Positions 29,550-35,774 of a stretch of DNA of 64,000 bases are shown here, one piece after another. Both the position numbers and the translations under genes were made by a program. Location of the stretch: contig JAGXBC010000001.1 in the NCBI GenBank assembly GCA_018971305.1, positions 173,956 through 237,955 on the forward strand, written 5' to 3'. The DNA is from Patescibacteria group bacterium (GTDB taxonomy: Bacteria > Patescibacteriota > Minisyncoccia > UBA6257 > 2-01-FULL-56-20). Under the pieces are notes generated by a model. It was given only the letters and a program-made list of their open reading frames with translations. It did no database searches and was not told where the DNA came from. Every line of letters begins with the position of its first letter. Position 1 is the first letter of the stretch.

Positions 29550-32500
29550 ATCTTCCTTACAGCCAACCAGGAATCCGCGCCGTTAACCTTCGTTTCCGCC
29601 TCCGCTTCAAATTTTTCCGATTTTTTATATTCTATCGCTTCGGCTCCGACCTCAACTTTCAAAACTTTTTCGTACTTGTAGATTGCGAGACGCACTTCCG
29701 CCGGCAACTGGGCCATCAATATCATTTTATCCTTCGGCTTAAGCCCGGATTTTTGCCGCAGCTCCTGAACGGCCCTTATTATCTCCCGCAATATACCCTC
29801 TTCGCGCAGTTCCGGCGTGACAACGGTATCCAGTTCAATTTCTTCCTTAAATCTGGCACTGAAAACAACTTTCTTAATATTCACCTCTTCTGCTAAAATA
29901 CCAAGCAATTCTTTGGGAATCTTCAGCTTTCCGGTTTTAACCCTGAGTTCACCGAGAGGCTGACGGACTTTTATTCCCGCCTCCGCCCGCTTGGCCAATC
30001 CCAAACTAGCCAAACGCCTCACTTCGGCCATTCCTTCCAGTAATTTAGAATTTTGAGTTTTTAATTTTGGTTTTGTCTCCGGCCAATCTTCCAAATGAAC
30101 TGATTCCTGCGTTCCGTTAAGTTCTCCGTAAAGTAATTCCGAAAAGAATGGTGCGAAGGGAGCTGTTAGTTTCGCCGTTTCACGCAGAACCAAGCCGAGT
30201 GTGGCGCAAGCCGAATCAAAATCCTTGGCGCTCTCCGGTTTTTGCAAGCGCCGGCGCGAACGGCGGATATACCAGCGCGACAGATCGTCAACCAACTTCT
30301 CTATAACAAGCGCGGCTTCTCTTATTTCGTATTTATCCAGGTGCTTTGTGGTATCGGCAACAGTTTCTCCGAGCCGAGACAGAATCCATTTGTCCAGAAC
30401 ATTGGTCGAGGATGGAATTTTATCTCCCGAACTTTTCTCGCTCGCATATGTTTTATAAAATACCAAACTGTTCCAAAGAAGCATGTGCATCCTGCGGTAT
30501 GTTTTCGAAATCTCGTTCTCGTCAAAATTTTTTGTCTCGCCCGGAGGATTCACGGTATAGAAATACCAGCGGACGGCATCAACTCCGTATTTATTGATAA
30601 CCTCCCAGGGGTCAACTATATTCCCTTTGGACTTGGACATTTTCTGCCCGTGCTTATCGTTTATCAGCCCCAAAGAAACAACGTTCTTATATGGCGCCGG
30701 GTATCCCAAAGATGTAGCAACTGCAAGCAGGGTGTAAAACCATCCTCGCGTCTGATCCATTGCCTCCGAAATATAATCTGCCGGATAAGCGCGGCTTTTG
30801 TCTATAGCATCCTCATTCTCAAAAGGATAATGCTGCTGAGCGAAAGGCATTGAGCCGGAATCAAACCAGACGTCAGCTACTTCTTTGACCCGTCCTGTTC
30901 TCGCGCCGCATTGCGGGCAGGCAATATGGATACCATCGGCATATGGCTTGTGCAGGTCTATAACTCCAGTACCATCACGGGGCACTATCTTTAGAGTTAA
31001 CTCTCTTGTTTCAGCTACGCCGATAAAATCCTGGCCACGGCTTATTTTTTCCCGTATAGCGCGTTTTTCATCCCATGCTTCCGCCGCGTGCGTAAGCATC
31101 CAGATCGGATACTCATGGCTCACGAGCAGGATATTCTTGCCGCGGTATTTTTTTTCCAATTCCTGCAAAATTTCCCAAACCCGACTGCGCAAATCGCGCA
31201 GGGACTCGCCTCCTTCCGGCTTGCCCTCAAACTTTGATTCGTATGTGGGAAAAAGCTTATGGTAGCGGCTATCACGGCCCCCCTGAAGCATTGAACCCAA
31301 ATCTACCTCGCGCAGACGTTTGTCGAAAACTACTTTTTTGACGCCCAATGCCTCCGCCGCAATCTCGGCTGTTTCTTTTGTCCGGATTATGTCCGAAGAA
31401 ACGATGACGTCTATTTTTTTTCTGCTGCTTTTTAGTTTCTGCAAAAAATTTTTCGCCGACTTTTCCGCGAGCGAGCGGCCGATAACGGTCAAAGTGTTGT
31501 CTTTAGACCAACCGGAATCAATAAAGTGTTCGGCGTTGCTTTTCGCCTCTCCGTGCCGCATAACCCAATAATTATTCCTGGAACCTCCGGCAAGCTTACT
31601 GAGCTCGTCAATGCCTCCCGCCACTTCGCAGTGATTGCATTTTTTGCATTCCCAGATCGGTAACGGCGTTCCCCAGAACCGTTCACGGGAAAAATTCCAA
31701 TCTTTAACCTCACGCAGCCATTCGCCGAAACGCCCCTGTTTTACGTATTCCGGCGTCCAATTGATTTTATTGTTATTGGCTATAAGCTGCTTCCTTAAAC
31801 CGCTCATGGCTACGAACCAGGAATTTCTTGCGTAATATAGAATTGGCGTGCCGCACCGCCAGCAGTAGGGATAATCATGCTTGTAGGGAAGAACTTTCAG
31901 GAGCGAACCGCGCTGTTTTAAATGTTCAACGATGCCAGCCTCGGTTTCCTTGGACTTCGCGAACAGGCCGGAGAAACCAGAAACGTCCTTAGTGAACTTC
32001 CCAACTTCATCAACCGTGTGATACCTCGGTAAGCCGACTTTAAGTCCCAGCTGATAGTCATCTTCGCCGTACATAACCGCAGTGTGGACTACCCCGGTTC
32101 CCTCTGTCGTATTAACAAAATCGGCGTCGTAAACCTTGTACGAACTTGGCGAACGCAATGCCGGAATTTCAAAAAGCGGCTCGTAGCTCAGGCCGATAAG
32201 TTCGTTCCCCTCAAAAATCTCCCTCAGGTCGGGGGCGGAACCAAAAATAGCGGGATTATTCTTAACGGCTTCCTCAGCTACAATCCAACGCTCTATTTTC
32301 CCGTCAATCATCTTCTTCAGTACGGCGTATTTGATGTTTTTACCAACGGCCAAAGCCACATTTCCTGGGAGCGTCCACGGCGTAGTCGTCCAGGATAAAA
32401 CATACGTATCATCTCCCGCCGAGAAATATCCGCCGATTTTCTGCCCCCTCTTCAATTTGAATTTTATATAAACGGAGTCATCAGTAGTTTCTTTGTAACC

Positions 32501-33076
32501 CAAAGCAAGCTCGTGCGAAGAAAGCGACGTGCCGCAGCGCACGCACCAGGGAACTACCTTATGTCCCTTATAAAGAAGTTTTTTTGTCCAAAAGCGCTTT
32601 ATTATCCACCAAAGAGTTTCTATGTAGGAGCTTTCGTAAGTTATGTAAGGGTCTTTCAGGTCCAGCCAAAAGCCCATCCGTTTTGTGAGGCGCTCCCATT
32701 CGTCTTTGTATTCCCAGACGGACTCGCGGCATTTTTTATTGAAGGCCTCAACGCCGTAGTTTTCAATGTCCTTTTTCGTTTTCAGGCCCAATTGTTTTTC
32801 CACCCCTATCTCCACGGGCAATCCGTGCGTGTCCCAGCCGCCTTTTCTCGGAACCAAATAGCCCCGCATCGCCTTGTAGCGTGGGATTATGTCTTTGAAG
32901 GCACGAGCCAGAATATGGTGCACGCCCGGCCTGCCGTTAGCAGTTGGCGGACCCTCGTAAAATATGAACTTTTTAGCGCCTTTCCGCTTAGCGAGAGTTT
33001 TTGCAAAAATGTCGCTTTCGTTCCAAAATTTCAAAACTTTTTCCTCCTCCTTGGGAAGATTGAATTCTTCGGGCAT
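29546..33076 (-). CDS. ileS: Isoleucine--tRNA ligase (type 2) carrying an inserted histidine-phosphatase domain
   Basis: 1176 aa. Contains PPTANGRPGVHHILARA, the editing-domain segment TTPWTLPGNVALAV, KMSKSKGN and WFDSGSMPFAQ. It appears longer than the type-2 IleRS lengths I recall (from memory, not checked), and the roughly 190-aa insert between the two CxxC knuckles can account for the excess. Confidence 0.95.
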   Translation of the reverse strand: MPEEFNLPKEEEKVLKFWNESDIFAKTLAKRKGAKKFIFYEGPPTANGRPGVHHILARAFKDIIPRYKAMRGYLVPRKGGWDTHGLPVEIGVEKQLGLKTKKDIENYGVEAFNKKCRESVWEYKDEWERLTKRMGFWLDLKDPYITYESSYIETLWWIIKRFWTKKLLYKGHKVVPWCVRCGTSLSSHELALGYKETTDDSVYIKFKLKRGQKIGGYFSAGDDTYVLSWTTTPWTLPGNVALAVGKNIKYAVLKKMIDGKIERWIVAEEAVKNNPAIFGSAPDLREIFEGNELIGLSYEPLFEIPALRSPSSYKVYDADFVNTTEGTGVVHTAVMYGEDDYQLGLKVGLPRYHTVDEVGKFTKDVSGFSGLFAKSKETEAGIVEHLKQRGSLLKVLPYKHDYPYCWRCGTPILYYARNSWFVAMSGLRKQLIANNNKINWTPEYVKQGRFGEWLREVKDWNFSRERFWGTPLPIWECKKCNHCEVAGGIDELSKLAGGSRNNYWVMRHGEAKSNAEHFIDSGWSKDNTLTVIGRSLAEKSAKNFLQKLKSSRKKIDVIVSSDIIRTKETAEIAAEALGVKKVVFDKRLREVDLGSMLQGGRDSRYHKLFPTYESKFEGKPEGGESLRDLRSRVWEILQELEKKYRGKNILLVSHEYPIWMLTHAAEAWDEKRAIREKISRGQDFIGVAETRELTLKIVPRDGTGVIDLHKPYADGIHIACPQCGARTGRVKEVADVWFDSGSMPFAQQHYPFENEDAIDKSRAYPADYISEAMDQTRGWFYTLLAVATSLGYPAPYKNVVSLGLINDKHGQKMSKSKGNIVDPWEVINKYGVDAVRWYFYTVNPPGETKNFDENEISKTYRRMHMLLWNSLVFYKTYASEKSSGDKIPSSTNVLDKWILSRLGETVADTTKHLDKYEIREAALVIEKLVDDLSRWYIRRSRRRLQKPESAKDFDSACATLGLVLRETAKLTAPFAPFFSELLYGELNGTQESVHLEDWPETKPKLKTQNSKLLEGMAEVRRLASLGLAKRAEAGIKVRQPLGELRVKTGKLKIPKELLGILAEEVNIKKVVFSARFKEEIELDTVVTPELREEGILREIIRAVQELRQKSGLKPKDKMILMAQLPAEVRLAIYKYEKVLKVEVGAEAIEYKKSEKFEAEAETKVNGADSWLAVRKI
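30992..31579 (-). other. Histidine phosphatase (PGAM/branch-1) domain embedded in IleRS (about aa 500-695)
   Basis: YWVMRHGEAKSN (RHG motif), VSSDIIRTKETAEI, LREVDLG, GGESLRDLRSRV and ILLVSHEYPIWML (second His). The domain is flanked by WECKKCNHC and IACPQCG. Confidence 0.75.
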
Positions 33077-33103
33077 AGATTAAAAATATCACGTTATTCG
33101 TAT

Positions 33104-34072
33104 CTATTCAAAAAATCTGCTGCGTATTTTATGGGTATTGCCATGGCTCAAAAGTCCAAGATAAGCGTTAATCGTCGCTGGCGCTGGGTTGGCTATTACC
33201 ATCTTTAACATTCTTCTTCTCGTCGTTGTCCGAAAAACACGGTGATCAGGAAAATTTATCCACCCCAAAAAATCAACTCCGGACGCAATGGTATTTATGA
33301 AAATTTTATTTGGATGAAGCGTAAGTCGCAATTTATTTTCCAAAAATTCTTTTATTTTTGGAACTAGAGATTCCAGCAATCCGCGGTTCTCCGAGAAAAT
33401 AACGAAGTCGTCCGCATAACGTATATAGTGCCTTGTTTTCAGTTTGTGCTTCACAAACTGGTCAAACTCGTTCATATAAACATTTACAAAGAGTTGTGAA
33501 GTGAGGTTGCCGAGCGGTAAACCTTGTCCAGGCGCGCTTGATGAAAAACTCTCGATAACTCTTTCCAGGAGCCGCAGCGTATCAGCGTCTGGGATATATG
33601 AACGTAGAATATCAAGGAGGACGGCGTGGTCGATGTTGGCAAAAAACTTTTGAATGTCACACCTGAGAACCCAGGAGGTACGCGTATTGTTCTTACTAAT
33701 AATGCGGGCGAACGCGCGAAAACGATTCATTGCGGCATGCGTTCCTTTTCCGACTCGGCATGAGAACGAATCAGCTATGAAAGTTTTATCGAAGAACGGA
33801 TAGAGCACCCGGTAGATGGCGTGATGGAGTAAGCGGTCGCGGACGGTTGCCTTGTGGATATTCCGCGGTTTCGGGTCGCAGATGTTGAATGCTTGATACC
33901 CACCGTGTCGGTACGCACCGTTCAAAATATCCGCGCGAAGTGATAGAATGTTATCCATAAGGCGCGATTGGAACTCCTGCACATCACGTTTCCCGCTCTT
34001 GCCGCGCAAAAATTCCCTCCAGGCCTCAAGCAGGTTTTCCACGCTTATGATTTCCTCAAATTTATGAACCAT
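33104..34072 (-). CDS. DGR-type reverse transcriptase
   Basis: The track ORF is 33104..34264. The likely start is MVHKFEEIISVENLLEAWREF at 34072 (323 aa). RT motifs present are NICDPKPRNIHKATVRDRLLHHA, LGNLTSQLFVNVYM (the DGR-typical xGxxxSQ) and YIRYADDFVIF. No maturase or endonuclease domain. Confidence 0.9.
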   Translation of the reverse strand: MVHKFEEIISVENLLEAWREFLRGKSGKRDVQEFQSRLMDNILSLRADILNGAYRHGGYQAFNICDPKPRNIHKATVRDRLLHHAIYRVLYPFFDKTFIADSFSCRVGKGTHAAMNRFRAFARIISKNNTRTSWVLRCDIQKFFANIDHAVLLDILRSYIPDADTLRLLERVIESFSSSAPGQGLPLGNLTSQLFVNVYMNEFDQFVKHKLKTRHYIRYADDFVIFSENRGLLESLVPKIKEFLENKLRLTLHPNKIFINTIASGVDFLGWINFPDHRVFRTTTRRRMLKMVIANPAPATINAYLGLLSHGNTHKIRSRFFE

Positions 34073-34103
34073 CTTAATTTTCACAATAAAAATTTTCAAG
34101 TAA

Positions 34104-34460
34104 CTCCCCCCCCCCCGACACATCACGCTTCCTATCATCCAACACCTGGTAGCGGCGTACAAAACCTGGCATGAATTTCTGCCGCATGTACCCAAGGATG
34201 CGAGATACTCGTTAGGAACTAAGGTCGACGCTTCGTTTATAGAAACGATTGAAGCGGTATTCACCGCAAGCTATCTCAGTAGAGAGAGTAAACTTCCTTA
34301 TCTCGAAAAAGCTGCCGCGAAACTGGACATGGTTAAATTCTTTCTCCAGATAATCTGGGAAGTCAAGGCGCTCGACAATAAAAAATATATTACACTCTCG
34401 GAAAAGCTGGATGAAATAGGCAGAATGCTCGGCGGATGGCTTAGGAAAATGTCTACTTAA
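34104..34460 (+). CDS. avd: Avd-like four-helix-bundle accessory protein (open frame without ATG/GTG/TTG start; possibly joined to ATG 34064 across the C11 tract)
   Basis: Absent from the ORF track. My plus-strand translation is ...RHITLPIIQHLVAAYKTWHEFLPHVPKDARYSLGTKVDASFIETIEAVFTASYLSRESKLPYLEKAAAKLDMVKFFLQIIWEVKALDNKKYITLSEKLDEIGRMLGGWLRKMST*. The FPK-x-x-RY-x-LG and EIGxMLGGW pattern is typical of Avd / 23S-IVS four-helix-bundle proteins. Confidence 0.7.
   Translation, partial: LPPPRHITLPIIQHLVAAYKTWHEFLPHVPKDARYSLGTKVDASFIETIEAVFTASYLSRESKLPYLEKAAAKLDMVKFFLQIIWEVKALDNKKYITLSEKLDEIGRMLGGWLRKMST
34106..34116. repeat. C11 (G11 on minus strand) homopolymer tract at the avd 5' end / RT 5' leader
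   Basis: Read directly: taact ccccccccccc gaca. The tract separates the ATG-containing frame (ATG 34064) from the conserved avd frame by one nucleotide. Confidence 0.95.
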
Positions 34461-34503
34461 ACCATTCCGCCGGACATCGCCCGTTGTTTTCATTTGCTGC
34501 CAA

Positions 34504-34624
34504 TTACTCGCGACGCGACCGTTGCGATTGAAGTCGTTGTCAAGCCAGTTCCAGTTCAGGTACCAGCGCTCGCCGTTCTGATTGAGGTAGGGAACGTTCC
34601 GGTTGCCGTTCGCGTTCAGCACGA
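34504..34624 (-). repeat. DGR template repeat (TR)
   Basis: The minus strand reads gtgctgAACgcgAACggcAACcggAACgttccctacctcAATcagAACggcgagcgctggtacctgAACtggAACtggcttgacAACgacttcAATcgcAACggtcgcgtcgcgagtaa. It contains nine AAC and three AAT codons in the VR-equivalent frame and pairs with 34964-35084. Confidence 0.85.
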
Positions 34625-34885
34625 ATGTGCGCAAGGCCGTCCGGGCCACCATCCTTCGAGTCACAAACAAAAACCATACTCTCGGGATTGTATCGTATTC
34701 GGAATTTTGAATTCCTTAGCCTCGCACACCAAGTAGCAACAATTATGAAGCGATTAACGAATGCACGCTAGGAGAAAACCCGTCCTCCCCCATTCCGGCA
34801 GACGCCATCGCGGAATTCGATGCGCACAACCTTAGCCGTGCGCATAATATCTACTATCCATAAGGATTATATCAAAAAAATTTAA

Positions 34886-34909
34886 TGGGCCCTAACGAAT
34901 TAGGGCCCA
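34886..34909 (-). terminator. GC-rich UUCG-tetraloop hairpin about 50 nt downstream of the VR / target stop (terminator and/or DGR target-recognition hairpin)
   Basis: The minus strand reads tgggccctaa-ttcg-ttagggccca, a perfect 10-bp stem, followed by ttaaattttttt. Confidence 0.6.
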
Positions 34910-34959
34910 AGGGTTGAGGGTTCAAGCGACACAAAGGATCTGAGTCACAAGAACCAATG

Positions 34960-35580
34960 CTACTTGCTCGCGACGCGACCGTTGCGATTGAAGCCGCAGT
35001 CAAGCCAGCTCCGGCCCAGGTACCAGCGCTCGCCGTTCCGACTGAGGTAGGGAACGTTCCGGTAGCCGTTCGCGTACAGCACGACCAAACCCGGAAAATC
35101 GATGTAAACTTTTCCGAGAAGGGACATGAATACGGGGAATTCATCCTGGTGCTCAACAAGCCAAACGGCCTGCTGGTAACCCAGGACAAGATTCCGGCGG
35201 GACACGAGCCTGCGCTCGTATTCGCTGCCAACGATAGACTTCTCGTCAGAACGCAACAATGTGCCAAGACGGAGAATAACTTCATCGGTTGGCGAAGAGT
35301 CGGACTCGATTTTTTCGATCTGAGAGAACGCCCTGCGGAGTTCCTCGAGTGTCGGCTGCTTCAGGGCTGGAATCCGAACGGCGACATCTTCCATCGTCTT
35401 CCAGAATTCCAACATCTTGATCTCGGCGTTGCCGAGATAGATGTCACGGACGCCTGAAAGGTTGGTGCCGGTTGAAAGCCATTTTACAAAATCGGGCGTG
35501 CAACCATTCCGCTCAAGCGCATGATCGAATTCTGCGGCTTGGCGAGCAAACATGACGGGTTGAGACTTGTCATTAGGCAT
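34960..35580 (-). CDS. DGR variable (target) protein, 206 aa, VR at the extreme C-terminus
   Basis: ORF with a GGAGG RBS (aaaggaggacatgtcATG). The C-terminal ...VVLYANGYRNVPYLSRNGERWYLGRSWLDCGFNRNGRVASK* is encoded by the VR. No signal peptide or TM segment is visible. Confidence 0.85.
   Translation of the reverse strand: MPNDKSQPVMFARQAAEFDHALERNGCTPDFVKWLSTGTNLSGVRDIYLGNAEIKMLEFWKTMEDVAVRIPALKQPTLEELRRAFSQIEKIESDSSPTDEVILRLGTLLRSDEKSIVGSEYERRLVSRRNLVLGYQQAVWLVEHQDEFPVFMSLLGKVYIDFPGLVVLYANGYRNVPYLSRNGERWYLGRSWLDCGFNRNGRVASK
34964..35084 (-). repeat. DGR variable repeat (VR)
   Basis: Aligns to 34504-34624 at offset 460. Inside the core there are 11 mismatches, and 10 of them fall at TR minus-strand adenines (7 A>G, 3 A>T). 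Confidence 0.85.
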
Positions 35581-35600
35581 GACATGTCCTCCTTTTCTAT

Positions 35601-35630
35601 GCGACGTGTTCCAGATTAGGAACGTGTCGC
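35601..35630. promoter_or_regulatory. Imperfect palindrome with duplicated ACACGT upstream of the DGR target gene (candidate operator)
   Basis: The minus strand reads gcgACACGTtcc-taatct-ggaACACGTcgc, located 20-50 nt upstream of the target start codon. Confidence 0.3.
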
Positions 35631-35661
35631 GATGCCACTGGCTCCCCCGATCAAACTGGGT

Positions 35662-35725
35662 TTTGCCATAGCAGAAAACTATCCGATTGCCTAGAGCTTA
35701 TCGAAAGGCTTTCTGCTATGGCAAA
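35662..35725. repeat. Perfect 16-bp inverted repeat with 32-nt spacer between argS stop and DGR target gene
   Basis: tttgccatagcagaaa (35662-77) pairs with tttctgctatggcaaa (35710-25). Confidence 0.9.
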
Positions 35726-35774
35726 TGTAAATAAATCAGGTTTTCAAAGTACGCTACAATTATACACCATATTA

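Larger units (their letters stand above)
33104..35580 (-). mobile_element. Diversity-generating retroelement cassette (target gene with VR, TR, avd, RT)
   Basis: The components are listed individually below. An adenine-specific TR/VR mismatch pattern occurs together with a DGR-type RT and an Avd-like gene. Confidence 0.85.

Noticed and set aside
30992-31579. The IleRS insertion interpreted as an intein or a mobile insertion
   Set aside because: There is no Cys/Ser/Thr-plus-HN splice-junction pattern and no homing-endonuclease motifs. The insert has the ordered catalytic motifs of a histidine phosphatase and is in frame with intact flanking IleRS sequence.
33104-34264. The RT interpreted as a group II intron maturase or a retron RT
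   Set aside because: It has no maturase (X) or endonuclease domain, and I see no flanking intron RNA domains. The SQ-containing motif 4 and the adjacent A-biased TR/VR pair point to a DGR. The first 64 residues of the track ORF are not RT-like and overlap the avd 5' region.
34212-34670. 152-aa minus-strand ORF (MFVTRRMVART...VLNANGNRNVPYLNQNGERWYLNWNWLD...)
   Set aside because: It is open only because it contains the TR, which copies the VR reading frame, and then runs antisense through avd. The non-TR part looks like no protein, and the opposite strand encodes a clearly Avd-like sequence.
34494-35457. Plus-strand ORFs 34494..34736 and 34957..35457, and minus-strand ORF 34872..35285
   Set aside because: They are antisense or alternative-frame shadows of the TR and of the VR/target gene. 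The two plus-strand ORFs resemble each other only because TR and VR are repeats.
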